Part shown: piece after piece, positions 40,036-53,255 of the stretch
Layout: every line of letters begins with the position of its first letter
Numbering within the stretch: position 1 is the first letter of the stretch
NCBI RefSeq assembly: GCF_018350175.1
Contig: NC_058368.1
Location: forward strand, 56,918,001 to 56,982,000
Source of the DNA: Felis catus
Lineage: Eukaryota
Length of the DNA: 64,000 nt
Direction: 5' to 3'
Notes under the pieces: generated by a model
Databases searched by the model: none
What the model saw: the letters and a program-made list of their open reading frames with translations, nothing else
What the model was told of the DNA's origin: nothing
Translations under genes and position numbers: made by a program

Positions 40036-40554
40036 TGCTACATATCTCTGAAACTCTTTATTTTTTTTGCCCTCTCTGTTCATATTACATAATTTATAAT
40101 GCTTCATCTTCCAGTTACTCATGCTTTCCTCATTATAATTCATTCTGCTGTTGAGTTAACCATCTGAGCTTTTTTATTTTGGTTAGTACATTTTTAAGTT
40201 ACATGATTTTCCATTTGGTTCTTCTTTATTTCTCCTATTTCTTCACTGAAATGTTGTATTAGCTTTTCGAGTCTTTATTGTTTCATTTGTTTTACGTATG
40301 TTCATAATTGTTATTTAGACATTTTTACATTTGTGTTTTTAAATGGTTGACAAAAAATTCCCAAAATCTGCCACCTTGATGTTGTATCTATTATCTTTTT
40401 TTTTTGTTTGACTTGAAATCATTTTGATTCTTGATATGAAATTTTTTAATTGAAATTTGAACACTTTTATATTCTGATTTTCTATATTTTATTTAAACCT
40501 GTTTAGTAACTGCTTTTCTCTGACTCTCTTCTAGCAGTAAAAAGGGGTTTGCTA

Positions 40555-40745
40555 GGGGCTCCTTGGTCAGTTAGGTGTCTGACTTCAGCTCAGGTCATAA
40601 TCTCTCAGTCCATGAGTTTGAGTGTGCTGATAGCTCAGAGCCTGGAGCCTGCTTCAGATTCTGTGTCTCCCTCTCTCTCTCTGGCCCTCCCCTACTCACA
40701 CTCTGTCTTTCTCTCTCAAAAATAAATAAACATTAATTTTTTTAA
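40555..40745 (+). mobile_element. Can-SINE
   Basis: Head, body and tail with small deletions. Confidence 0.92.
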
Positions 40746-41771
40746 AGGAAGGATTGCTGCCATGTTACTGTCAGGTAGAGACAGAAGTTCAAGCTTACAA
40801 TTTGTCCTCTATTGACATCGTGGCCGGTGGTGGGGAGGGAGGTTTCATTTCTGCTCACCTGGCTTTGAGGTAGAAATTCCAGCTCATTATATGGATCACT
40901 GCATAATCAGTGTGGCCTCGTTATCACTGGCTGATGGTAAAAGTTTTGACTCTTCACCAGGCTTCCTCTGACACTATCCCCGTGGGGAATGGGAGGAAAG
41001 TCTCATATTGTTAGGATGGGTTGGAAATCCAAGCTCTCCACATAGACCCCACTAACATTGTAGGTTGGGGATGGGGAGCTCATTATCCCTAGCCTCTTAC
41101 CTATCCTCTGACACTACCTTAAAGGAGGGTAATGTGTTGGACCATATCTTTAGAGCCTCAGGAGTGTGGAAATATAGATACCCTATTTGACTTTGGCTGG
41201 CATGGGTGGTAGTAGGTCCATAAGTTTTTCTATGGTACTTGACTGACATTTTTTTTATTGTTTGAAAGTTATCTGTAATGGCAGGCCACCCTATTCTGGT
41301 CCCATATTTTAGAAGACTCTGTTTTGGCCTTAGTTCATTGTAACTCTTTCTAGGATGACAATTTTCAGTGAGCAAACTTGTGCCTATCTAGAACCCAAGA
41401 CCCCACTCCAAACTTTCATATAACTGGGACTTTGAAATGCCCTGCACAAATGGCTATGGGTCTACTTTCCAGGTCTTTGTTACATTTTTTCTGAGTATGG
41501 CCCATGATACCAGTGTATGCTCCACTAGGCCCAAGGGTGGCCAGGGACAGCTGTTTGTAAAAAATATAGATTGAACCTGGATGTGGTAGCAGACATGTTG
41601 CATGCATGTGGTGTAGCACTATAATGTGTGAAACAGGTGGGTGCATGCAGAGAGGGGGGTCAGGTGGTAGGGAGGAACAGAGTTATCCCTATATACCATT
41701 AAATCTTGACATGGAAGTCCAAGTAATTTGAGAATTCTAAATTTTAATATGGCCACCCAGGTTTCATGAAG

Positions 41772-41841
41772 ATATATGTGTGTGTGTGTGTGTGTGTGTG
41801 TATACATATATATATGTATATATATATGTGTATATATATAT
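41772..41841. repeat. (GT)n/(TA)n microsatellite
   Basis: Direct reading. Confidence 0.95.
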
Positions 41842-42531
41842 TTAAGGTAGGAGGACATAACATATTTTTCAGAGTATGTTAGCATGACTGACAGTTTTTT
41901 ATACTGAGGCATATTGTATTTAGGTCTCCATTTTTACTTTTGTCCCAAGCCTCATGAAAGTCCAGGACTGAAATTAAAGGACCTTTAGTAACAGAATCGT
42001 AGACTGAACCTCAGGAAATCTCCAAGACAGTAAAATGAAATATAAGGGAATGAATAATGAGGCATGTCTTGTAGGATCGATTCAAAAAGCATAACATCTG
42101 CATTATAATGATAGAATTTACAGAAAGAATGACAGAGATAAAGGAAAGATAAAAATGTTCATTATGATAATACAAGAAAATTTCCCAAGGAAAAGACTCA
42201 TGCTTTTCCAGATTGATAGAAACTCAGAACACTGCAGAAAAAAAAATCCATTTCAAGAAATCCCATTGAAAATATCAGAATGCCTGTGATGATAAGATGC
42301 TGTAAGTATCTGTGGGCTGCGGGGGAGGAGGCAAACACAAATGACAATGGAGCAATAATGGGAATTGCACTGGAATTCTCAACATCATAGGAAGCTAAAA
42401 AAGAAGTGTGAAAAACAAAATAAAGAACTTCACTTGTAAATATCAGAAAACTTACCTTTCATAAACTGCTACTCGGGAAGCACTTTACTGTGAATTTCTT
42501 TAGTCTTCCTCCCTCCCTCCTTTTCTTTTCT

Positions 42532-42532
<1 letters not shown>

Positions 42533-42579
<47 letters not shown>

Positions 42580-42580
42580 T
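42533..42580. repeat. (CTTT)n tetranucleotide repeat
   Basis: Direct reading. Confidence 0.97.
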
Positions 42581-42757
42581 TTCTTGTTTAAAGGATATAT
42601 ATCCTTCTATTTCTAGTACTTATGAAATAGCTTTATGTCATTTTAGTGATGGTTACTGAAGCAAGTCCAATTATAAAGCTGATTACCAAGTTAGTTTGAC
42701 AAGCTAATATTATAAATATCTATAGTTATGTACTTGGAAACATGTTACGTATGAACT

Positions 42758-43228
42758 GTGATGCTTAAGTTTATGTGTCAATTTGGCTCAGCCACAGTGC
42801 CTTTAGATACGTGGTCAAATATTCTGGGTGCTTCAGTTAGGGTGTTTTTGGATGAAATTAATATTTAAATCAGTGGAGTTTGAGTGAAACAGACCGCCCT
42901 CCACATGCTGGTAGGTCTCGTCCAATTAGTTGAAAGCCTGAATAGAATGAAAGAATTCGCTCCTTCCCCTGAGCAAGAGCGGGTTCTGTCAGGACTGTCT
43001 TCAGACTTTACCTGCAACATTAACGCTTCCTGGGTCTCCAACTGCTCTGCCTTTGGACACTTTCCTGAGTTCTCCAGCCTTCTTGTTTCCCTCCATCAGA
43101 TTTTTAACTCACGAACTTTCCATGATCAGGAAAACCAATTATTTAAAATAATGGTTTTTTTCTCTCACTCTCTCTATATGTACATACGTTCTATTGGTTA
43201 TGTTCCTCTGGAGAACTCTGACCAATAT
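42758..43228 (+). mobile_element. MLT2 (ERVL) solo LTR
   Basis: tgtgatgcttaagtttatgtgtcaatttggct ... ctattggttatgttcctctggagaactctgaccaata. Confidence 0.88.
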
Positions 43229-43294
43229 ATAAAACGAATGTATTTTTTTCTCTCTTGCACATACACACCCACACACACGAACACACAAACTGTA

Positions 43295-43425
43295 TAGTAG
43301 GTTTCTTAACTATTCCCATTTTACAGATAAGTAAACTGAGGTTTTGTAAAGTTCACTTAATTTTCCCTGTATTATATGTTAAGTGACAGAACTGGAATCT
43401 AAAATATAAGCTACTTTGACAGCAA
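43295..43425 (-). mobile_element. MIR core
   Basis: cccattttacagataagtaaactgagg. Confidence 0.8.
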
Positions 43426-43682
43426 CATTTATGTATTGCACTTTATAATTTGATATTAAAATGAGATAGCTAACTTCAGACATTAAAAATCTGGCACTTG
43501 TGGTCATTGATACATCATCCTAATCCATCAGTGATTTTACAAATTAAGTTGAGGACAATATCTAAATGTAAATGTGGCATAAACATATGAGGAGTAAGGC
43601 ACTAAAAACTAAAAGGTGTGACTGCTTATATAAATATAAACAATCATAGATTGAAGTTTTTAGTGTGTAAACCCAGCACTTT

Positions 43683-43872
43683 TCTTTTTGTTTGTTTGTT
43701 TGCTTGTTTGTCAGTTCATTTTTGAGAGTGACAGAGAGCATGGGTGGGAGAGGAGCAGAGAGCAGGGTTAGCAGGGGGCATGACCTGTGGCTCAGCCTCA
43801 AAAACTGTGAGATCATGACCTGAGCCAAAATTAAGAGTTGGATGTTCAACTAACTGACCACACAGGCACCCC
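43683..43872 (-). mobile_element. Can-SINE (short variant)
   Basis: Reverse head caggcacccc; (TTTG)n tail. Confidence 0.88.
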
Positions 43873-44098
43873 ATTTTTCTTTTTATGTTTAAAAACAATA
43901 TAGATAGAGAAGGTAAAATGTAAACTACATTTTATAGTTTCATATTTTTAAATTATTGAAGAATAGTAATTGAAGATTTGGAGAGAGAAGAAAAGAAATA
44001 GACTAAAAACAAAAAAAAATCCATTAATCACACAATGCAAAGAAATTGTTCATCATTTTTCTGTTTCTTTTACATTTCTATAAATGTATTAAATTTAA

Positions 44099-44110
44099 GT
44101 GCTCGCTTAA

Positions 44111-44143
<33 letters not shown>

Positions 44144-44205
44144 AAAGATTAGCATGGCCCCTGTGCAACGATGACACACAAATTCGTGAAGCGTTTCATA
44201 TTTTT
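44099..44205 (+). pseudogene. RNU6: Full-length U6 snRNA retrocopy, 5' part of a U6/L1 chimera
   Basis: GTGCTCGCTT ... CATATTTTT, 107 nt; 7 substitutions versus vertebrate U6 as remembered; ACAGAGA box changed to ACAGAAA. Confidence 0.97.
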
Positions 44206-46443
44206 ACAAAATTCAGCATCCTTTCTTAATAAAAACCCTTGAGAAAGTCGGGATAGAAGGAACATACTTAAAGATCATAAAAGCCATTTATGAAAAGCCC
44301 ACAGCTAATATCATCCTCAATGGGGAAAAAGTAAGAGCTTTCCCCCTGAGATCAGGAACATGAAAGGGATGTCCACTCTCACTGCTGTTGTTTAACATAG
44401 TGTTGCAAGTGCTAGCATCAGCAATCAGGCAACAAAAGGAAATCAAAGGCATCAAAATTGGCAAAGATGAAGTCAAGCTTTTACTTTTTGCAGATGACAT
44501 GATATTATACATGGAAAATCCGATAGACTCCACCAAAAGTCTTCTAGAAATGATACATGAACTCAGCAAAGTTGCAGGACACAAAATCAATGTACAGAAA
44601 TCAGTTGCATTCTTATACAGTAATAATGAAGCAACAGAAAGACAAATAAAGAAACTGATCCCATTCACAACTGCACCAAGAAGCATAAAATACCTAGGGA
44701 TAAATCTAACCAAAGATGTAAAAGATCTGTATGCTGAAAGCTATAGAAAGCTAATGAAGGAAATTGAAGAAGATATAAAGAAATGGAAAAACATTCCGTG
44801 CTCATGGATTGGAAGAATAAATATTGTTAAAATGTCAATACTACCCAAAGCTATCTACACAGTCAATGCAATCCCAATCAAAATTGCTCCAGCATTCTTC
44901 TCAAAGCTAGAACAAGCAATCCTAAAATTCGTATAAAACCACAAAAGGCTCCCGAATAGCCAAAGTAATTTTGAAGAAGACCAAAGCAGGAGGCATCACA
45001 ATCTCAGACTTTAGCCTCTACTACAAAGCTGTAATCATCATGACAGCATGGTATTGGCACAAAAACAGACACATAGACCAATGGAATAGATAGAAACCCC
45101 AGAACTAGACCCACAAAAGTATGGCCAACTCATCTGTAACAAAGCAGGAAAGAACATCCAATGGAAAAAAGACAGTCTCTTTAACAAATGGTGCTGGGAG
45201 AACTGGACAGCAACATGCAGACGAATGAAACTAGACCACTTTCTTACACCATTCACAAAAATAAACTCAAAATGGATAAAGGACCTGAATGTGAGACAGG
45301 AAACCATCAAAACCCTAGAGGAGAAAGCAGGAAAAGACCTCTCTGACCTCAGCCGCAACAATTTCTTACTTGACACATCCCCAAAGGCAAGGGACTTAAA
45401 AGCAAAAATGAACTATTGGGACCTCATGAAGATAAAAAGCTTCTGCACAGCAAAGGAAACAACCAACAAAACTAAAAGGCAACCAACGGAATGGGAAAAG
45501 ATATTTGCAAATGACATATTGGACAAAGGGCTAGTATCCAAAATCTATAAAGAGCTCACCAAACTCCACACCCGAAAAACAAATAATCCAGTGAAGAAAT
45601 GGGCAGAAAACATGAATAGACACTTCTCTAAAGAAGACATCCAGATGGCCAACAGGCACATGAAAAGATGCTCAACGTCGCTCCTCATCAGGGAAATACA
45701 AATCAAAACCACACTCAGATATCACCTCACACCAGTCAGAGTGGCCAAAATGAACAAATCAGGAAACTATAGATGCTGGCAAGGATGTGGAGAAACGGGA
45801 ACCCTCTTGCAGTGTTGGTGGGAATGCAAACTGGTGCAGCCACTCTGGAAAACAGTGTGGAGGTTCCCCCCCAAATTAAAAATAGATCTACCCTATGACC
45901 CAGCAGTAGCACTGCTAGGAATTTACCCAAGGGATACAGGAGTACTGATGCATAGGGGCACTTGTACCCCAATGTTTATAGCAGCACTTTCAACAGTAGC
46001 CAAATTATGGAAAGAGCCTAAATGTCCATCAACTGATGAATGGATAAAGAAATTGTGGTTTATATACACAATGGAGTACTACGTGGCAATGAGAAAGAAT
46101 GAAATATGGCCCTTTGTAGCAACGTGGATGGAACTGGAGAGTGTGATGCTAAGTGAAATAAGCCATACAGAGAAAGACAGATACCATATGTTTTCACTCT
46201 TATGTGGATCCTGAGAAACTTAACAGAAACCCATGGGGGAGGGGAATGAAAAAAAAGAAGAGGTTAGAGTGGGAGAGAGCCAAAGCATAAGAGGCTCTTA
46301 AAAACTGAGAACAAACTGAGGGTTGATGGGGGGTGGGAGGGCAGGAAGGGTAGGTGATGGATATTGAAGAGAGCATCTTTTGGGATGAGCACTGGGTGTT
46401 GTATGGAAACCAATTTGACAATAAATTTCATATATTAAAAAAA
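44206..46443 (+). mobile_element. Young felid L1, 5'-truncated (RT domain to poly-A), 3' part of the U6/L1 chimera
   Basis: ORF2 pieces 44388-44936 (FADD motif) and 45225-46214; stops and frameshifts; TSD taaatttaa (44090-44098 / 46444-46452) flanks U6 and L1 together. Confidence 0.97.
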
Positions 46444-48036
46444 TAAATTTAATACTTAATATTTTTAATTAGGATAATACTGTACTACCTTTGAAATACA
46501 GAAGCAAACTCTTATTCTGTAAAATATTCTTCAAAGTCTGAATTGTTACTGTTTTTATATTGTCTCTATAGCATTTTGTAATACAGTTCATTAAACTTCA
46601 TTTACCTGTTTTTGCACATTTAGATTTCTACAATTTGCATAATATAAATAACGCTTTTATGAGCATTTTGTACATAATGTTGAACACCCTCTGTGTACTG
46701 CTCTGATCATTTTCTTAATACAAATTCTTTCAGGTGCAGTTATTGATCGAGTATTTTCTGAGATAAACTAACAAGCATTTAAAAGTTATTGATGAATTTT
46801 CCATTCTTTGCTCTCTAAATCTATGTTTTAAAAATTATTTATAAATACTATTTAGTGTTTGATCTATGTTCAACTTAAAGCATAGAATGTGTTCTATGAT
46901 CAGCTGTTTCCATTTAGAAATGCAATAATTGTTATTCTAAATTTTGTGACACAATTACTAAACTCTGATAACCCAAGAGTAGAATAATGTCTTAAATATA
47001 GGTTTGCAATTCTTGACCAATTACTCCAGTTTTAATTTTTCAAAGGGAATGAAACACCCTAAAACTATCTAATTATAATGCCAAAGCAGAATACTATGAG
47101 ACCAAATGCAGCCTTTGTGTAATGATGGAAGCTTTAAAGCTCCTTCCTTAATTGTGATAATTTGGAACAAATTAGGGAGTCTTGTGGTGAGCAACCCGCT
47201 AGTCACAGATCTCTTAAGAGCACTAAATCAAGGTGCAAGGAAACTTGCTGAGCAGAGCTCTCAAATCTGAGAGTGTTTCCTTAACACAAGGTCAGCTTCA
47301 AATGTCTTTTTATATTCCTAATACTTACTAGAATGGCTATCTTTGCTTTTGTGAATATTATAATTCCGATTTTATTTTTAAAGCACAAGCACATAGATGA
47401 TACTACTGTGTAATTACAGAATTAATATAATTTCTCTAACAATATTCTCTATTAAAATAGAATTGCTATTTTACATTGTTTCAGCTCACTTCGGATATAA
47501 TTGTGAAATACCATATTTGGAGTTCCCTTGATCCATACTTGTGTCCTCTATATGCTTTGTTCTAAATAGCAATAGGCATTTGATGGCAGTAACTCTCTGA
47601 AGTTCAATAAAAGGTCAAGGATTCTAGAGGGAAGCATAGCAGCAGGATTCCCTCTACAAATGAGTCTAACATGAGGAAATACTGTACAGAAAATGCTGTC
47701 CTAACAGTCTAAGAAGTTGGCAGAGGTTTTGTTAAACTGAGTATCCTCCATTAGTGGCTTTAAAGACCTGTATCCCTGTAAAGGTACTCAGGTAACATAT
47801 GTCATCACTGATTTTTTTTCTTTACTCTTTGACCTGATTATTTTAAAATAAACTATTCACTACATTCTAGGCAACTAAATGTAGCTTGTTAACTAAATAC
47901 ACTTAGAAATTTTTGTCACTTACACACAATTAAATAGCTATCTGAAAATTTTTTTAAAAAGGCAGAATAAAAGCTTTAAAGCCATATGAAGAAATAAAGA
48001 ATTAACTTAGAACCAAGCAAGCTAATGAAAAATATC

Positions 48037-48067
<31 letters not shown>

Positions 48068-48754
48068 CCTTGTAATTTGAAAGTCTCAAATCAGCTTATA
48101 CTGAAACATTCTGAAAAGATCAGTTCCCGTGTGGTATTCTCTGACTCAAAATTCCCTTGTTCTAACAAGGGAGTAATAAAGGGCTTTGTGTTAACAAAAA
48201 GTGTTCTTCATGGTTAACATATTAACTAACGACATTTTCTCCTACGTGGAGAACATGCTCTTTTTGAAGTCCATTATTAGTTTGGAATTCAGTCATTTTG
48301 AATTACTGGTGAGACTTTGTATAATGCTGACTTTGTTATGGTTAGAACTCAAATAAGGATATTTGGAGAAGATCTATATTTATTATGATAATTATTCTTA
48401 TATTATTAAATAATTTTTAAAATATATATATACTTCTAAGGATATATCTTTTGCAGTTAGAAGATCACAGTGTTCCAGAAATTTTTATTTAGTAACTTAC
48501 TTCTAACTTAATTATACATATTTTATATCCACAGAATAAATATATATATTAAGATAAAATAAGAATGATATTTCTAATATTGATTAGCATAATATCCAGA
48601 TCATTTTCTTATGCTCATAAATTTACAATTTGAAAAAATATATGTACTCTTTTGACCAAACCACTGATGATATAGTATATAATTTGAAACTCTAACAGTT
48701 AAAATATTATTACCAAAATTGGCAATCCTGTATTAGTCAAGATGTCCTCTTTAC

Positions 48755-48892
48755 CAGAAGTGTGATGTTGGGCAAGTTAATTAAATTCTTTGAGACTTAG
48801 AATTTTTATCTGTAAAATGCAGATAAGAATACCTGCCTTGTAGAGGGGCTCAAAGAGTTAGTTGAGTTAATATTTGTAAAGCACTTAGAATT
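48755..48892 (+). mobile_element. MIR
   Basis: tgtgatgttgggcaagttaattaa ... tctgtaaaatg ... gtaaagcacttagaa. Confidence 0.85.
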
Positions 48893-48947
48893 ATTTGAGA
48901 GATGGAAAATAAGGGCAGGTTTTTTTAAAACAAGGGCAGTGTTTTTA

Positions 48948-49179
48948 TTTATTTATTTTTTATTTTAAAAAAAATTAACATTTATTTATTTTTGAGACAG
49001 AGAGAGACACAGCATGAACGGGGGAGGGGCAGAGAGAGAGGTAGACACAGAATCGGAAGCAGGCTCCAGGCTCCTAGCCATCAGCCCAGAGCCCGACGCG
49101 GGGCTCGAACTCGCAGACCGCGAGATCGTGACCTGAGCTGAAGTCGGACGCTTAACCGACTGAGCCACCCAGGCGCCCC
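48948..49179 (-). mobile_element. Young felid Can-SINE
   Basis: TSD aagggcagtgttttta. Confidence 0.97.
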
Positions 49180-50036
49180 AAGGGCAGTGTTTTTAAATAA
49201 CAAGGTTATTTAAGAAAAAAAAGTTAAAAAAAAGAAACTTCTAGACGTTCATGTGTTTCACTTTACAAGAACAAAATAAGTTTTCATTTTAATACACTGA
49301 AATAATGAGAAATTATTCCTAAAATTTGAAAACATATTTGCTATTTTCAGTTAGTACCTAAATAATCACACATTATGTAATGAGAATTTAACAAAATATA
49401 TTGTAGAGGGTATTGAGTTTCTTTGTTTTTTAGTTCCTGGAAATTAAACCTCTGTGAAATGGAACTGTTCTTTGATCTTACTTCATAGATTAAAACTATC
49501 ATAATTTTAAAGGTGTAGAGTATTACAAGGGCCATGTATTAGACATCCTTTTTTTATATATATATCCAAAGAAATACATCCTCCAAAATATGAAGTACTT
49601 GCTGGAAAGTGTCATTTAATTTATTTAATTTCATAGAAATATTATTCAACACTAGAACCTAGGTCTCCTTAATTCAGATCCAATACTATCTTCACACAAC
49701 AGATAAAAATTGGGGTACTACTCTGACTCTGGTTAAATATTAGAATTATGTAAGGAGATTTTAAAATATATATCACTGCCCATTGTTGCTGATCAGATCA
49801 ATTGAATCTAAATCTCTAAGGGATGGATCTTGATATTTCCAAAAAGTCAAGATGTCTGAGAAATCATTTTTGAGACACTTTAGGGGGGAAAAAGAGGGAG
49901 GGAGGGGGAAGAGAGAGAGAGAAATATCCATGGGTGTTGAATCTAGATGATGGATATATTTAAGTTCATAATACTATTCTGTCTACTTTATTTAAGTCTA
50001 AAGTTGTTCGTACAGATTTTAAAATAAAAAGATAGT

Positions 50037-50263
50037 GGGGCACCTGGGTGGTTCAGTCTGTTGAGCGTCTAGCTCTCAATTTTTGGCTCAAGTCATGATC
50101 TCATGGTTTGTGAGTTTGAGCCCTGCATCTGGTTCTGTGCTGACAGTGGGGAGCCTGCTTGGGATTCTCTCTCCCTCCTCTCTCTGCCCCTCCCAGCACA
50201 CATGCCCTCTCTCTTTCTCTCTCCATCTCAAAATAAATAAACTTTAAAATAAATAAGTAAAAT
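50037..50263 (+). mobile_element. Can-SINE
   Basis: TSD aaaataaaaagata. Confidence 0.94.
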
Positions 50264-50809
50264 AAAATAAAAAGATACTATGAAAGACTCTACTAACGTA
50301 GATTAACTAAACCTTTACCCCTTGCTCTTACATAATACCCTAGAGTTTTACTCAACAGACACTTCAGGGTTCACAAACAATCCCATTATATCGATATCCA
50401 ATTTAGCAAACATTTTCTACCATGTTTTCCTGTTATATTCCATTTATTTTGTTTCTTCCTGCCATCATTTCTTGATGCCATGACAAACTCACCCTGTCTC
50501 CCAGACCATGGTTCTTCTCATGTGATCTACTTCAAGGTACAAGATGCTTTGGTTTCAGTAAAGAATTACTTAGAAAAAGGCTTTCTGCACATACATGCCA
50601 TACTTTGTCAATTGGATGCTAAAGCCTAGAATTTCTGAGACTGTTGTTTCATATTTTCCCCCCTCAGATTTATATTAAGGGTAAATTCATACCTGATGAA
50701 TAGACATTCCATGGTTAAAGAATCCATTCTGATAATTTTCTAAAACAAAGAATTGTCTACAATAAATTGAAGTGTGTTACTTATAGTATAGAGATAAAAC
50801 CTGCTTTCA

Positions 50810-50979
50810 GGGGCGCCTGGGTGGCTCAGTCGGTTAAGCGTCTGACCAGCTCAGGTCGTGATCTCGCGGTTCATGAGTTCGAGCCCCATGTTGCGCTCTG
50901 TGCTGACAGCTTAGAGCCTGGAGCCTGTTTCAGATTCTGTGTCTCCCTCTCTCTGGCCCTCCCCCGTTCATGCTGTCTC

Positions 50980-51010
<31 letters not shown>

Positions 51011-51067
51011 CAAAACAAAACAAAACAAAACAAAAAACAAATAACAAAAAACAAAAAACAAACAAAA
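50810..51067 (+). mobile_element. Can-SINE with (CAAAA)n tail
   Basis: TSD aaaacctgctttca. Confidence 0.96.
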
Positions 51068-51089
51068 AAAACCTGCTTTCATATTTAAG

Positions 51090-51378
51090 TGGTGGTTATA
51101 AAATAAGTTCCAGGGATCTGATGTATGGCCTGGAGACTACAGTTAATACTATATTGTGTATCTGAAGTTTGCTGAGAATAAACCTTAAGCATTCTCATCC
51201 CCCACCCCAAACCCACACAGGTACCTATGTGAAGTGATGGATGTGGGATATGTTAATTACCTTGACTCTGGTATTTATTTCAATATGTATAATAATATCA
51301 AATCATCATGTTGAACACCTTAAATGTACACAATTTTTATTTGTCCATCATACCTCAATAAACCTGGGAAAAATAAAT
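51090..51378 (+). mobile_element. Old L1 3' end (L1MA9/10-like)
   Basis: atcaaatcatcatgttgaacaccttaaat ... tacctcaataaacctggg. Confidence 0.85.
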
Positions 51379-52784
51379 GGCAGTTTTTTCCCACTACTTC
51401 ATTTATAAAGGTTTTAAAAGTCTAAATTTTCTAGTCTCAGCGTATTACATTCTACTTCCAATAACATAAAATGAAACTATATAATGATGGATTTGTAGAC
51501 TTAAGTGGATTAACTTCAGGCTATTCTCTCTTCCTTTCTCTGCATGGAGGCAAACATTTATGATTTTCTTAACATCCAGTTTGATGAGGATGAAAAATAT
51601 ACTAATTGGTATCCCTATTTTTAGGGAGACTTGCTATAGAGACTTGCTCAGATTACCTTTGAGCAAGGTAGACACAGAAACATAAACTCCATCAGATAAG
51701 TCAACTTTTTTCATGTAAGTTTGAGGCTGTTTCATCCTATTTGAATTCATTATATTCTTAGATACTTCTAGGAAGTTTTAAAGTATTATCAGTTCTCTGC
51801 CTATTTCTATAACAAGAAATCAAATTAGCCAAGGATTATCTTTGTTCTATAAATTATAAAAATTCTGTATATGTTATGTTCTAGACTTGCAGGAGATAAT
51901 TTTTTTATTTTTGTTTTGTTTGTATTAACACAAACAATATGCAAGCGTAATGAAATGAGTTAGAAAAATTGAAAAAACCACACATAATTGAGTAGTAATA
52001 CTAGTCAATAGAATCAGATATTAAAATATGTATATTTTTATAATATTTTAATTGTGAGATATACAGAATTTATATAATTTTTCCTGTTGCAGATATATAA
52101 CACTTTATTTACATCATTATTTGTTTTTAATTATATTCTTAGATTAGTTCTTAAAAGCAGAGGTCTTAGAAACAAAATATATTGCACCTCCTATAGCATA
52201 CAGCTGAATTCCATTATGAAACATACATTCTTTCTTAAAACCAGCAAATATTTTAAATATACAGATTCCCCCAAATTATATATTTACCATGTGTATACAT
52301 ACACATGGCTTTGATTTATTACATCAATATAAGCACACTAGCTTAATGATTTTATTCTTATTCACAAATTGACTTATGAATAAGAATCCATACAGTGAAT
52401 CCGGTAATCTTAGCATTATAAATTTTTAAATAAATGATTGGAAAGCAAAAATGTTTCTGTGGCTTTAAACCCATTTTTTTTCAAATTAAATTAGTTGCTT
52501 GAGCAAATGAAAGATAGGCATATGTACAGTTCAACAATCAGGTTATTTCTTTTTAAATATATCACATGATTTTTTGAAGTAACAAGTATTAACATGTGTA
52601 GTATGTGCATCTCTAATATTTTTATGACTATACACAAAATTTTAAGGTTTGCCTAGATCCTTTGTTAGAAAAATAAGTAAAGTGTATAATTATTTGTCAT
52701 AATAGAAGTCTATATCTTGTATCCAGGAGTACTCTTGCTAAAACAAACAAAATGCAGGAGTAGTTCTTTAGAAACAACTAAAAA

Positions 52785-53255
52785 AAAATTTGCAAACAGT
52801 TTAGCTTGCCACAGTTTCATAGATGTTAGCAGAAGACTGGTGACTCCTGAGTCAAGAGTAACAGCATGGCAGGTGGTCTGAACTTAATATTTGCTTCTGT
52901 TTTCTTTTGTCCCCTAGCTCCCATAGTGGAAGATGCAGAAGAAGGCCTACTGTATGCTGCACACATGGTGGTTTGTGTCACAGGTGAGGAATCCTGGTCA
53001 AAAGAAACCCCAGTGTTATAAGGGGGTAGTTGTTTATAAGGGGGTAACTGTCCAACCTTTGCTCTGAAGGAAGATACTGTCTTTATAATCCTGGTTAGAA
53101 AACCATCTGCCTTCCATCCCAGAAGAAGACAGTATCTCTAACTTCCAAGTCCTCTTACTATGTGAATACCTTTGAAAAAAGTAGTCCAGAATACAGCCAT
53201 CAATGCTTTTCAACAAAACATATAAACACACAAGAATCTCATCAAGAATCATCAG
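52785..53255 (-). mobile_element. ERVL-class solo LTR (LTR40-like)
   Basis: ttagcttgccacagtttcatagatgttagcagaagac ... gactcctgagtca resembles the antisense consensus as remembered. Confidence 0.65.

Larger units (their letters stand above)
34830..41340 (-). mobile_element. Old L1M (L1MB-like) backbone hosting many younger insertions
   Basis: Antisense 3' end at 34830-34938 resumes at 36120; further antisense L1 text at 37100-37720, 39060-39700 and 40040-41340. Confidence 0.65.

Noticed and set aside
41390..41970. Possible hAT-Tip100-like non-autonomous element
   Set aside because: Only a vague resemblance at the right end; could not define TIRs or TSD.
42884..43297. 137-aa ORF
   Set aside because: Lies within an MLT2 LTR; chance ORF.
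44099..44205. Functional U6 gene
   Set aside because: ACAGAGA box and 5' stem-loop mutated, fused to L1 within a TSD, no recognisable PSE upstream.
44099..44940. APOBEC-type G-to-A hypermutation of the chimera (e.g. TGG to TAA at 44934)
   Set aside because: Only a few events, several at CpG sites; cannot be told from neutral decay by eye.
45225..46214. 329-aa ORF as a host gene or active retrotransposon
   Set aside because: It is the L1 ORF2 C-terminus; no promoter, ORF1 or endonuclease; upstream stops and frameshifts.
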